This document shows, piece by piece, positions 37,592 to 45,890 of a stretch of 50,343 nt of DNA. The DNA is from Escherichia phage vB_Eco_mar001J1. The notes under the pieces are model-generated. The model made no database searches. It was not told the DNA's origin and saw only the letters and a program-made list of their open reading frames with translations. The translations under genes and the position numbers were made by a program. Numbering within the stretch: the stretch's first letter is position 1; each line of letters begins with the position of its first letter. The DNA lies in the sequence record NC_048204.1. The stretch is one strand, 5' to 3'.

Positions 37592-37822
37592 TCATTCCCT
37601 GTCGAAAGCGTTCCCCCACCGTCCACGCAAGTAACCACATAGCCAAATGAATTGAGTGATCGTCAACATTGGCGCGATTGGCTGGTAGTGTTCTGCAATG
37701 ATGCCCTTCATTACTTCATCAACATACTTCCCGCGCTTTTCCACATCCGCTTTCATCGCCTCGCCGCACTTTTTAGCCTGGCGTTTAGCTGCGTTGAATT
37801 GCGCCTCATTCATGCCGAACAT
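37592..37822 (-). CDS. Hypothetical protein (76 aa)
   Basis: Start at MFGMNEAQF overlapping stop of the preceding small ORF. Confidence 0.4.
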   Translation of the reverse strand: MFGMNEAQFNAAKRQAKKCGEAMKADVEKRGKYVDEVMKGIIAEHYQPIAPMLTITQFIWLCGYLRGRWGNAFDRE

Positions 37823-37950
37823 CAGTACCCTCTCCCCTTCCATTCTTCCGCAAGTTTGAAATAGTTCATAGCTTCTTCCACATCTCCGCGCTCCAGTGCC
37901 TCTTCTTGCTTCTCTTTGCACCACTGCGAAGGTTGTTTGCACTCATCCAT
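37822..37950 (-). CDS. Hypothetical small protein (42 aa)
   Basis: Manual translation MDECKQPSQWCKEK...; AAGGTGA RBS. Confidence 0.35.
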   Translation of the reverse strand: MDECKQPSQWCKEKQEEALERGDVEEAMNYFKLAEEWKGRGY

Positions 37951-38020
37951 TAAATCACCTTACCAGAAAAATAGCTAGTTAGAATGCGATTGAGGCGCTC
38001 TAACGGCTATGAGTTTTTAA

Positions 38021-38335
38021 TTAAAAACCGTCGAGAATCTCTCGAAAGTTGTTTAGCGTCTTAACTTTGGCCTTATCCCACGTTACAGATCCTGCATCTT
38101 CCCACGGGGAACCAGGGGCGTGATTTGTCATATCATCAATCAAGCAAGAGATCTCATCAATAACAACATCTTTTAAATGCTCGCGGTACTCAATATCTTC
38201 CACAGGCTCAAAAGCCTGAATGACGCCTCCTAAAACCTGTTGCTGGGCATTTGCCTTGTCCAAATCATCGTGGATGAAACGATGCTCTTTTTTGTTCTCG
38301 TTAGTTCCGATTTGGTAGTAGTGAATGTAAATCAT
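38021..38335 (-). CDS. Hypothetical acidic protein (104 aa)
   Basis: Start at MIYIHYYQ overlapping upstream stop; strongly acidic. Confidence 0.5.
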   Translation of the reverse strand: MIYIHYYQIGTNENKKEHRFIHDDLDKANAQQQVLGGVIQAFEPVEDIEYREHLKDVVIDEISCLIDDMTNHAPGSPWEDAGSVTWDKAKVKTLNNFREILDGF

Positions 38336-38595
38336 AAACCTGATTCCTCCATAGTCTCGTTTATGCGCTTCCAGTTTTCGACTTGCTGATCTCTGTATCC
38401 GTTCTCTCCGAACCATGCGGCAGTTTCCGATTGCTCAGTCACAACAGGATCAAATGCGTGTTCTAGCTGGCTGAAAACTTCACGCGCCACTGGCTCAGGA
38501 ATTTTAACCGTTGCCTGGATGCCGTCATCATCTCGCCATCCAAAGGCCGCTAACATAATGCGCGCTTGCTGCTCTGACAGGTTAATCGTGATCAT
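38332..38595 (-). CDS. Hypothetical protein (87 aa)
   Basis: GAGGTAG RBS; ATGA overlap with upstream gene. Confidence 0.5.
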   Translation of the reverse strand: MITINLSEQQARIMLAAFGWRDDDGIQATVKIPEPVAREVFSQLEHAFDPVVTEQSETAAWFGENGYRDQQVENWKRINETMEESGL

Positions 38596-38804
38596 TCTTC
38601 CACTACCTCGCATTCGTCATGGTTAACACTAATATTGTCGCCAGCCTTGATAAACTCGCTGTTACGCTGCGCAATAACACAATAAGATCCGTCGCTGAAA
38701 TGTCCGTCAACTTCCAGCACATCACCAACAACCAAACCGCATTGCTCAAGAGTTATTGATCCGTCGCCGTTGATAGTGTCGATTTTGGTGATTTTGATTT
38801 TCAT
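38592..38804 (-). CDS. Hypothetical acidic protein (70 aa)
   Basis: First gene after cassette promoter 38837-38880. Confidence 0.55.
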   Translation of the reverse strand: MKIKITKIDTINGDGSITLEQCGLVVGDVLEVDGHFSDGSYCVIAQRNSEFIKAGDNISVNHDECEVVEE

Positions 38805-38836
38805 TGCGCTTTCCTCTGTTTCGCTTCAATAAGGGC

Positions 38837-38880
38837 ACTTTATCAAATGCCCTTGCGGAAGTTTTAACAAAAAGTGCTAT
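38837..38880 (-). promoter_or_regulatory. Cassette promoter candidate (20-mer, hairpin, TAAAGT)
   Basis: Overlaps stop of 38880..39170; 22-bp spacing. Confidence 0.5.
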
Positions 38881-39170
38881 TAGCTCAGATAGTAAAGCTC
38901 ATCGCGCGCGAAGTCATCAAAATCTCGCTGTGTCAACGGTCGATCCTCTCGCGCAGCCTCCTCTATCATGTTGATCAAAAAGTCGTTCATCGCTCCTAGT
39001 CCACCATCCGGCATATAGAAAGCTGCGAAAGCCCGCGCCCATGAACGAGCATTTTTGAATCCGACGCGCTTCATTGTGACTGGCGAGTGTTTAGAGTCGT
39101 TCCACTTGTTAGACTGCGCGATGTTTTCAAAAGCGTTAACCAGTAGTTTGCGGTAAGTTTTGTTTGCCAT
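38880..39170 (-). CDS. Hypothetical protein (96 aa)
   Basis: AAGGGGA RBS. Confidence 0.55.
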   Translation of the reverse strand: MANKTYRKLLVNAFENIAQSNKWNDSKHSPVTMKRVGFKNARSWARAFAAFYMPDGGLGAMNDFLINMIEEAAREDRPLTQRDFDDFARDELYYLS

Positions 39171-39181
39171 TTCAGATCCCC

Positions 39182-39364
39182 TTATTTTTGTTTAAGTCCC
39201 ATCAGCATCTTGCGAACGCCGTCCTTTTTCCCGTCAGAGTAGCCAGTAATTGAACCAGCGGCAAAAACCATCAAGTTACCCCAAAAGGCCATAATGCCCT
39301 CATAGTTAATGGTTAAATGGCTGCCGAAAAGGATCAGGAAAAGAACAATAATACCAGTTTTCAT
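39182..39364 (-). CDS. Small membrane protein (60 aa)
   Basis: Two hydrophobic helices; start at MKTGIIVL with GAGGTG RBS. Confidence 0.5.
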   Translation of the reverse strand: MKTGIIVLFLILFGSHLTINYEGIMAFWGNLMVFAAGSITGYSDGKKDGVRKMLMGLKQK

Positions 39365-39371
39365 TTTCACC

Positions 39372-39620
39372 TCAGTAACAATCATTAACGTGAATCAGTA
39401 CGGAAAAACGACACTTGCGTAAGCGGTGGCGCTTCTTGACGTACATATAAGCATCACTGTAATACTTAAATTCAGTGGCAATGATGACGAAAAAGTCGTC
39501 TGTAACATAGCGCCAATTGCCGCCTAAGCTGCGTCGCTGCACATGATAAGTAGAACAGTCGCGGCAAAATACGATCCGGTATTCCGGCTTAAACAGTCGT
39601 TTCAATGCGTTAAAAACCAT
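39372..39620 (-). CDS. Hypothetical basic Cys-containing protein (82 aa)
   Basis: GAGGG RBS. Confidence 0.5.
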   Translation of the reverse strand: MVFNALKRLFKPEYRIVFCRDCSTYHVQRRSLGGNWRYVTDDFFVIIATEFKYYSDAYMYVKKRHRLRKCRFSVLIHVNDCY

Positions 39621-39719
39621 AGTAGCGCCCTCATGCTATAAAGAAAAAGTAGCATTGATAATACCGCAATCATTGCGGAATGAAAATCAAAAGGTGGCTT
39701 AGGATTCGTTGCGTTATTG

Positions 39720-40100
39720 TTATTTCCCAGCATTGCGCGCAATCCTCTTGTATCCATAGTAGAAATCATCGCCTACGCCACGGAATTTTAACGCGTTACG
39801 CGCCAGGCGGCGGATTCGACGATTATCCAGTTTGCCGTAATTTACTGGCGCTTTAATCGTCTTGATTGGGCAGCCGCGATGATTAGTGATTCGTTTAAGA
39901 GTGGCAACAATACCCTCAAGCGCACGGATAGCGAATCCGTCGAATCCAAGATCTCTATTGATTAGATAGCCATTGATACCATGGATTCCGAACCTTTTGC
40001 TATCAACCTTAACAATCTGGCCCTTCTTCATTCCGCTCTCTGGAATTGCGTAAGTAACTAAGAATTTAGTGCCGACGCGGATTTTTCTGATGTTAACCAT
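39720..40100 (-). CDS. Hypothetical basic protein (126 aa)
   Basis: First gene after cassette promoter 40131-40174. Confidence 0.55.
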   Translation of the reverse strand: MVNIRKIRVGTKFLVTYAIPESGMKKGQIVKVDSKRFGIHGINGYLINRDLGFDGFAIRALEGIVATLKRITNHRGCPIKTIKAPVNYGKLDNRRIRRLARNALKFRGVGDDFYYGYKRIARNAGK

Positions 40101-40130
40101 TGCGATTTCCTATTGCTTGTTGATGTGAGC

Positions 40131-40174
40131 ATTATAGCGGGGCCGATAACCCCGCGTTTAGCAATTCGTGCTAT
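40131..40174 (-). promoter_or_regulatory. Cassette promoter variant (AAATAGCACGAATTGCTAAAC, hairpin, perfect TATAAT)
   Basis: 22 bp between TTGCTA and TATAAT; overlaps stop of kinase-like gene. Confidence 0.5.
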
Positions 40175-40761
40175 TTAATCTGTGTGTGTTTCCATTTGAC
40201 AGTATTGACGATCTCGTTTACAGCAAGTTCCTGCTTGCCGTCCTGCAAGTGGAAATCATAGTGATGGATTCGATAGTGATAACCGCTCAGGTCAATATAG
40301 TTTCGCGAATCGCCAGCAAACGTGAAGCCGTCGCGATGCAATCGGCAAATATGCACTTCATGCCCTGCCTTAACAAGCGGCTTGATTTCTTCGGGGAATC
40401 CGCCATCACTGATCACAACCGCCAAATCTCGGTACATATCGTGAATCTCTTCAACCATTCGACGCCCGAAATAGTGATCCCCAAAAACTGGCTTCATTAC
40501 ATCCTCGCTAATCCAGATCATGAATTGTCGAGGTGACTTGCCGCCTAAGATAACTTGAGGCTTTTCTTTTTGCTCTCTGTCGTTGTACAGGTCCATAAAT
40601 TCATCGTATCGAGTCGGGCCAAGCATAGAAAAAGCAATGTCGAACATAGGTTGCTTGAATGATGCCTTAACCGCTGGGTAACGATGGCCCGTTAGGTAAG
40701 CTGCAATAGTGTCCTTCCCGCAACCTGGAGGCCCATTAAGGATGATAATGTCTCGTTTCAT
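40171..40761 (-). CDS. P-loop nucleotide kinase-like protein
   Basis: Walker A ILNGPPGCGKDT near N-terminus; 196 aa. Confidence 0.55.
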   Translation of the reverse strand: MKRDIIILNGPPGCGKDTIAAYLTGHRYPAVKASFKQPMFDIAFSMLGPTRYDEFMDLYNDREQKEKPQVILGGKSPRQFMIWISEDVMKPVFGDHYFGRRMVEEIHDMYRDLAVVISDGGFPEEIKPLVKAGHEVHICRLHRDGFTFAGDSRNYIDLSGYHYRIHHYDFHLQDGKQELAVNEIVNTVKWKHTQIK

Positions 40762-40933
40762 GATTACTCTCCCCTTGCTTTCAAGACGGTAATTTCTGTT
40801 GTCTCGCTTAAAACCTTGAAATTTCTATTCTCGCTTTTGATCGTCATATTGACAATCATAACCTTACCGCGCTCTATCATGTCGGCAAGCTCTCGAAGGT
40901 GACATGCAGTTTTGGCAATCTCTTCGCTTTTTT

Positions 40934-41098
40934 GTCAAATGGTGGCAATTGCATTTATTTTTCTCCATAGTGTGAGTTGATATTATGCAGCATTTCGCGT
41001 CTATGGCGCTTCTTGCGTTGCTTGTTCACAAACTCTACATGCTCATCGTATCCGCGACGCTTCTTTTTGGTAACGATTTTTTCAAAGTTACGCATCAT
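40934..41098 (-). CDS. Small basic protein (54 aa)
   Basis: Manual translation MMRNFEKIVTKKKRRGY...; AAGGGGGA RBS. Confidence 0.35.
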
Positions 41099-41154
41099 TT
41101 CCCCCTTTAGGTTTTCTCAACATGGCGCACTGCATGAATGCGCCATAGCAAGAA

Positions 41155-41337
41155 TCACCAATCAAATTTCTGTTTGTCTCTGATGATCTCGTAAATTGCT
41201 AACCACACCCAAACAAACCAGAAAGCGAGAACTATTTTATCGTCCTTGTCTGTCGCGTCAGAATATTTCACCAATGCTCGGAACGCAAACAGGCCTGAAA
41301 TGTAAAGAAAAACAACCAAAAAAAAGCAAGTAACCAA
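41155..41337 (-). CDS. Small membrane protein (60 aa), apparent TTG start
   Basis: Two hydrophobic helices; no in-frame ATG; a 24-codon ATG ORF with better RBS spacing overlaps in another frame. Confidence 0.35.
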   Translation of the reverse strand: MVTCFFLVVFLYISGLFAFRALVKYSDATDKDDKIVLAFWFVWVWLAIYEIIRDKQKFDW

Positions 41338-41338
41338 A

Positions 41339-41602
41339 TCATTTATTTTCTCCTTCTACTACCAGCGTGTAAAGCAGAACAGGCTCTACCATGTCGCGGC
41401 GGCGTGGCTCTCGTGGCGAATCGCGACACATACATTTAACGTTTGCCACAATAACACGCACAAGATCGCTAAGTTTTAAGATTCCTTTACATCTAATAAC
41501 TTTGTATGCAACGTCTTCACCGTCGATGGAATGGATGGCAAAGTAACTTTGCGTGCCATCAATAATGTCTACAGCTTTAAAAAACTCGATCTTGTTAGCC
41601 AT
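41339..41602 (-). CDS. Hypothetical protein (87 aa)
   Basis: First gene after cassette promoter 41634-41677; GAGGA RBS. Confidence 0.55.
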   Translation of the reverse strand: MANKIEFFKAVDIIDGTQSYFAIHSIDGEDVAYKVIRCKGILKLSDLVRVIVANVKCMCRDSPREPRRRDMVEPVLLYTLVVEGENK

Positions 41603-41633
41603 AATTTAATCCTCGTTTGTTGTTGATGGGCTT

Positions 41634-41677
41634 ACTATACCGCAAGCCCGTTGAGACGTTTTAACAAAAAGTGCTAT
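41634..41677 (-). promoter_or_regulatory. Cassette promoter candidate (20-mer, hairpin GGGCTTGCGGTATAGTAAGCCC, TATAGT)
   Basis: 22-bp spacing; overlaps stop of 41678..41863. Confidence 0.5.
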
Positions 41678-41863
41678 TTAGAATTTTACCTCTTCCACAA
41701 GCTCAACCATCTTGTAACCAAGACGATAAGAGTCACCGAACAACAAGATCCCCATAAATTCATCGTGGCTTATTGACTCTTTGCCAACCGTTCTAAGCTC
41801 TCCGTTGTGAATCACAGTATCGCCGATCTTGATTTCTGATTTATGGACTAATTTCGTTTTCAT
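41678..41863 (-). CDS. Hypothetical protein (61 aa)
   Basis: AGGTGA RBS. Confidence 0.5.
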   Translation of the reverse strand: MKTKLVHKSEIKIGDTVIHNGELRTVGKESISHDEFMGILLFGDSYRLGYKMVELVEEVKF

Positions 41864-41878
41864 TTATTCACCTGCTAA

Positions 41879-42064
41879 TTAAAAGAAAGCTACATAGTTT
41901 GCAATGCCTTTGGCGTCGTCGTTTGGCATTGCTTTTACAGCCAAGTCATAACCCGCCTCTACCTTCTGCTTTGCTGTTTCTTCGTTGTAGCCCCAGATAA
42001 CCAGGATTTTAACTACGTTTTCTTTGTTCAGGACTTTAAGGTCTTTGGTGATGCGACGTGCCAT
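41879..42064 (-). CDS. Hypothetical protein (61 aa)
   Basis: First gene after cassette promoter 42097-42140; GAGGAAA RBS. Confidence 0.55.
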   Translation of the reverse strand: MARRITKDLKVLNKENVVKILVIWGYNEETAKQKVEAGYDLAVKAMPNDDAKGIANYVAFF

Positions 42065-42096
42065 TTTTGTTTCCTCAATCTCGTTTCGATGAGGCT

Positions 42097-42140
42097 ATTA
42101 TGCCAGGCTTTGCGCCTGGCGTTTTAACAAAAAGTGCTAT
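42097..42140 (-). promoter_or_regulatory. Cassette promoter candidate (20-mer, hairpin CCAGGCGCAAAGCCTGG, CATAAT, TCGAAACGA leader)
   Basis: Consensus copy; overlaps stop of lipoprotein gene. Confidence 0.55.
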
Positions 42141-42397
42141 TTAATATCTGTTGTGACTTGCTGGTGCATTACGTTCTTTCCGCTGTTGTACGTGCTATCC
42201 GTTGCGCCTTTGCAATTGGTGTAATAGATCGCGCGACCGTTATCATAGAATCTGTATGCTGTGCATCCGTCAACAGTGAACAGGCGACCGACTTTGAAAT
42301 CTGACTCCACGCCTACGACAACCGTTGATTCTGATGCCTTTTCGCATCCGGTCAGGAGTGTCATTGCCGCCAAAACGCCTATTAATGCCTTTTTCAT
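42137..42397 (-). CDS. Small lipoprotein (second Cor/Llp-like candidate)
   Basis: Signal peptide with lipobox LLTGC; strong GAGGAGG RBS. Confidence 0.55.
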   Translation of the reverse strand: MKKALIGVLAAMTLLTGCEKASESTVVVGVESDFKVGRLFTVDGCTAYRFYDNGRAIYYTNCKGATDSTYNSGKNVMHQQVTTDIK

Positions 42398-42861
42398 TAT
42401 TGCTCCTCCTCTTTGATGATTTCGCGGATCATATCCTGGTAGCGGCTTACGCCCTCACAAGCCCCAGCCAGCTTATCCCCTTCCAGGTCCACGATATTCG
42501 GGATTGTTGCCAGTAAGCGATCGGCAAGCTTTTTGATCGCCCTTGCCTTGATGGCTGGCAATTCTTCGGGCGTGATGATTTTCCTTTTCGATTCGCGGAC
42601 CATGCGGAAAACGTAAAATTTATCATCTTCCGTTTCCTCTACCTTGATGCTTACCCGACCTGCGGCCCTTACTTCTGGAACGCGGTTGATAATGGTCCGG
42701 CTGTAGGATGAACTGCGCGTGATCTTGTAACAGTCGTCACCGCTTAACATTCCGGCCAGGTCAATTAGTGACATTTTATACTCTTCAATATCGCCACTGG
42801 CCAGGCGGCGACCAAGCTCGCGAAGCCAATCGCAATAGTCCTTAGTGGTCTTCTGTTCCAT
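42397..42861 (-). CDS. Hypothetical protein (154 aa), first gene of the leftward early operon
   Basis: Start at MEQKTTKDY with GGAGG RBS; consensus promoter upstream. Confidence 0.55.
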   Translation of the reverse strand: MEQKTTKDYCDWLRELGRRLASGDIEEYKMSLIDLAGMLSGDDCYKITRSSSYSRTIINRVPEVRAAGRVSIKVEETEDDKFYVFRMVRESKRKIITPEELPAIKARAIKKLADRLLATIPNIVDLEGDKLAGACEGVSRYQDMIREIIKEEEQ

Positions 42862-42892
42862 TTCCTTTCCTCCAGTTGTTGACTGTTGGCGC

Positions 42893-42920
42893 ATTATAAA
42901 AGCTATTTGGTGCGTGTCAA
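42893..42920 (-). promoter_or_regulatory. Consensus sigma70 promoter (TTGACA, 16-bp spacer, TATAAT) for the leftward early operon
   Basis: Both hexamers match consensus exactly, about 30 bp upstream of the 42861 start. Confidence 0.65.
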
Positions 42921-43200
42921 TGTTTTTGTTGTATTCAAAACGTTACCAATATCGAAAAACTACAAAATCATGCGCAAGTTGTTGATTTCAGGGCTGTTAT
43001 TTTTCTGTTCACGCTGTTAACGCAATCCGCCGGAAAAAGTATATATACATATGCAATCCGCCGCGCGCGCAACTATCCATATATGCCCACACACAACCAC
43101 ACCATAGCCAACAAAAAGCACTGTAACAGTGAGAACAAAAAGAAAACATTATAGATATATATAAATAAATAATCTTTATTTTCAATGTATTATAGAGGAT
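42893..43200. repeat. Divergent control region B, homologous to 13757-14070
   Basis: Same ordered blocks as region A, including the AT-rich TATAGATATATATAAATAAATAAT tract. Confidence 0.6.
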
Positions 43201-43408
43201 TTTCTTTGTTTTTTCCGTTTTCGCTACACCGGAAAACCGCGCGGAAACACGCCGCCTGAAATCGGTAACAGGGGTGAACAAAAGACAACAACCACTGACA
43301 GCCAGGCGGAAAAGTGAGGCAAGAGGGGAAGGTTTCACTATCTCCCCTGCAACCAATGATTAAGCGTGATTACTTTTCTCATCAAATTTGCAAAGGCAAT
43401 CATCATTT

Positions 43409-43448
43409 TGACGTGATTTGATTACGAATGATTACTTCTGATTATTTC
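43409..43448. repeat. Tandem 10-bp direct repeats TGATTAC(N3), iteron-like
   Basis: TGATTACGAA, TGATTACTTC, TGATTATTTC in register, partial copy upstream and another GTGATTAC at 43365. Confidence 0.5.
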
Positions 43449-43475
43449 GATCACAATCCTGGCGCTAACCGTCAA

Positions 43476-43519
43476 ATAGCACTTTTTGTTAAAACTCAGG
43501 CCGTCTGATCGGGTACATT
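43476..43519 (+). promoter_or_regulatory. Cassette promoter candidate for the rightward early operon (20-mer, TACATT, TCGAAACGAA leader)
   Basis: 22 bp between TTGTTA and TACATT. Confidence 0.55.
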
Positions 43520-43553
43520 ACACACATCGAAACGAACCGCTCAGGAGATAGCA

Positions 43554-43826
43554 ATGAACATCAGCAAAACCACTTTCAACTTCTCTAAGCGTCACGGTCT
43601 GGATCTGACTGTTGAAGATTTTGGCGATGTTCTGCAACTCTGCATTTGGGAAGCAGATAACGATTGCGAGTGGCTTTGCTCTTATCGTATCAACTACGAT
43701 TGCTTGACCTGGCACGGCAATATCTATCTGCCGCAAGAAGTGAAGGAAGAATTGCCAGCGACTATCAACAACGAGGTTTTCTTGCGTCAGGTGCTGAAAT
43801 TTATCAGTGAGGAGATCAAGAAGTAA
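43554..43826 (+). CDS. Hypothetical protein (90 aa)
   Basis: GGAG RBS. Confidence 0.55.
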   Translation: MNISKTTFNFSKRHGLDLTVEDFGDVLQLCIWEADNDCEWLCSYRINYDCLTWHGNIYLPQEVKEELPATINNEVFLRQVLKFISEEIKK

Positions 43827-44092
43827 TGGCGGTGATTACCGAAAATGATTTGGATCTGGCGGAGGCATTTTGCAGGGCCGCCAGGGCTAACCTGGATGTG
43901 GCTACTAAATTTCTTCCGGTGCGCCCACTCTTTTCGTGTGCGCCCGTGAATAAACCGACTCGCGTAATGATCGTGATTGAAGGTGATGGCCTGTACGCTG
44001 AAAAGACGTTCCACATCAGCAACATTAAGGGTCGTGCTGATTTTATCAATGATGTTTGCTTATTGCAGGAGAAGAAAAAATGTTGGATGTGA
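43826..44092 (+). CDS. Hypothetical protein (88 aa)
   Basis: TAATG start/stop overlap. Confidence 0.5.
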   Translation: MAVITENDLDLAEAFCRAARANLDVATKFLPVRPLFSCAPVNKPTRVMIVIEGDGLYAEKTFHISNIKGRADFINDVCLLQEKKKCWM

Positions 44093-44289
44093 TCAAGAAA
44101 GCACATGAGATGGGTATGGATGTTTCAATCTGCGACGCTTCCGCGCGTCACCCGTCAGCACCTGAAAATATGGTTGTTGTCATCGTGCATAATCACCGCT
44201 ATGAGTGCCGTGCGATGTTTGAGAAGCAGGATAAAGAGTCTCAACGCCGCTTTATCAACGAAGCCTGTGAACTGTATGGGCGTATCTGA
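44080..44289 (+). CDS. Hypothetical protein (69 aa)
   Basis: Start at MLDVIKK with AGGAGAAG RBS. Confidence 0.5.
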   Translation: MLDVIKKAHEMGMDVSICDASARHPSAPENMVVVIVHNHRYECRAMFEKQDKESQRRFINEACELYGRI

Positions 44290-44503
44290 AATGTTCAAGA
44301 AATTGTTATGGCTGTACCGTTCCAGGCGCAACAAGGGATATTGCAGGGGCACGGAAAGTAATCTTGATCGCGCTTATAAATACTGCCTGTTGTTGCTCGC
44401 CAGTCTGCCGGAAAACAGGAAGGAATATATTGCACTGCGAGAAATAACAATGCGGATATATAGTTACCGCAATAAACTATACGTCTTTAAATCTTTACGA
44501 TAA
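44276..44503 (+). CDS. Hypothetical basic protein (about 70 aa), start uncertain (44276 or 44291)
   Basis: Track ORF 44105..44503 trimmed to the first ATG beyond the upstream gene; weak RBS. Confidence 0.35.
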   Translation: MGVSEMFKKLLWLYRSRRNKGYCRGTESNLDRAYKYCLLLLASLPENRKEYIALREITMRIYSYRNKLYVFKSLR

Positions 44504-44515
44504 GGAGTAATAACC

Positions 44516-44779
44516 ATGAAAATTAATGCACCTATTCCAGTTAAGCGCAAAGCACGTTTGCTCAACAACGGATGTTACGCCCTGCGGCCTGCATTTAAGG
44601 ATCGCACATTTCCGGTTATCGTTAACGTGTCTCACGTAAGCCGTAGCGGAAATCTGGTATTCGTTAAAGGTGAAGATCTGGCGGAGCTTGTATTCTATGG
44701 CGGTGCTAACGGCGAACCGCTCGGATTCTGGCTTGTAGATCCGTTAACTGGAGAGCGTGAAATCGAATTTCTGGACTAA
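44516..44779 (+). CDS. Hypothetical protein (87 aa)
   Basis: AAGGAG RBS. Confidence 0.55.
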   Translation: MKINAPIPVKRKARLLNNGCYALRPAFKDRTFPVIVNVSHVSRSGNLVFVKGEDLAELVFYGGANGEPLGFWLVDPLTGEREIEFLD

Positions 44780-44823
44780 ATAGCACTTTTTGTTAAAAAC
44801 GATGCGCTGCTGATTGTTATAGT
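44780..44823 (+). promoter_or_regulatory. Cassette promoter candidate (20-mer + TGtTATAGT)
   Basis: 22-bp spacing; the TATAGT has an upstream TG (extended -10). Confidence 0.5.
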
Positions 44824-44854
44824 TATCGCATCTACAACAAACGAGTATTTAAAA

Positions 44855-45052
44855 ATGGAAAATCAGGTTGATGTTAAAGTTGTTAAGCGCGACAAGTCTC
44901 ACGAAAAAGGTTTGTTTAAGAAAGGTGCTGAAATCACAATTGACCTTGATGATATGGAGGCGTACCACTCAGGGCTAACTTGGAACGTGCGCAAATGTGA
45001 AAACGGACTGTTCAAGTTAAATGGCTTTGAAACATACATGGAGATCATTTAA
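44855..45052 (+). CDS. Hypothetical protein (65 aa)
   Basis: Track ORF, ATG start. Confidence 0.5.
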   Translation: MENQVDVKVVKRDKSHEKGLFKKGAEITIDLDDMEAYHSGLTWNVRKCENGLFKLNGFETYMEII

Positions 45053-45333
45053 TGGCATACGAAAAGAATGATTTCAATAGCGCAAGAGAAAAAATCAAGG
45101 CGGCGCGAATTAAACAGCGCGCCTTTAGATTCTGGCTTGACTATCGCGATCTAAGAAAAGAGATGGATATGCTTATTAAGACTGGTAGCGCATTCTGCTC
45201 TAATAGAACGGTTTGGCGAAATATGAATGCGCAGTACGGCCAGGGTAAAATTCGTGTATTTGGCGGCGCTGTTGATGCTTATGTATTTAGCGCAACAAGG
45301 GCTGTAAGTTTTAACGTAACTGGGATCGCATAA
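45052..45333 (+). CDS. Hypothetical protein (93 aa)
   Basis: TAATG overlap. Confidence 0.5.
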   Translation: MAYEKNDFNSAREKIKAARIKQRAFRFWLDYRDLRKEMDMLIKTGSAFCSNRTVWRNMNAQYGQGKIRVFGGAVDAYVFSATRAVSFNVTGIA

Positions 45334-45545
45334 TGGCAAAGCAATTAAAACTTAAATGCGTAGAAACCTATAACTCAACATGGACATTTACGCCAGGAAA
45401 AGAATATCCGCTAATGGGTTATCTCAAAGACGACCCTCATGTAATTTCAGATAATGGCTTTTACCTTTATTTAAAGAAATACAAAGATGGATATGTTGGT
45501 ACTGGTTTTCCAGGCCATAAATTCAAGATGAAAAATAAGAAATGA
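45333..45545 (+). CDS. Hypothetical protein (70 aa)
   Basis: TAATG overlap. Confidence 0.5.
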   Translation: MAKQLKLKCVETYNSTWTFTPGKEYPLMGYLKDDPHVISDNGFYLYLKKYKDGYVGTGFPGHKFKMKNKK

Positions 45546-45653
45546 GGCTTTTTATATTCAAAAATGCCTGGATGGTGGCGGTTGCAAATGACCATTACGG
45601 CGGCGACGGAAAAAGAGCGCCACGACACTCTTACTTTAACTGAGGAATATAGA

Positions 45654-45890
45654 ATGACTGCAAAATCAATCAAAGTTGAAAATATTATGGCGGCTGTTAC
45701 GGCACATCACCGCGTTATTGTTCGACTTGATAAATCTAGCGGAATCAACCAGTTAACCATCACAGAATGTAAGGGCGGTTACACTGTCGGTATTCATCCT
45801 GGCGGTAAGTTGCGTAAATTCAGCGAGGCTGGATTAAAAGAAATGCTGAATGAATACTCATTCTATATTCAAAATTGGAAGGCTGCATAA
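45654..45890 (+). CDS. Hypothetical protein (78 aa)
   Basis: Start at MTAKSIKV with GAGGA RBS. Confidence 0.45.
   Translation: MTAKSIKVENIMAAVTAHHRVIVRLDKSSGINQLTITECKGGYTVGIHPGGKLRKFSEAGLKEMLNEYSFYIQNWKAA

Noticed and set aside
43009-43356. 115-aa minus-strand ORF inside the AT-rich divergent control region
   Set aside because: Low-complexity translation of AT-rich repeats, no RBS, and it overlaps promoter/iteron-like elements; treated as non-coding.
44105-44275. N-terminal 57 codons of track ORF 44105..44503
   Set aside because: This part overlaps the better-supported gene 44080..44289 in another frame and has no RBS; only the distal part from about 44276 was kept, with low confidence.
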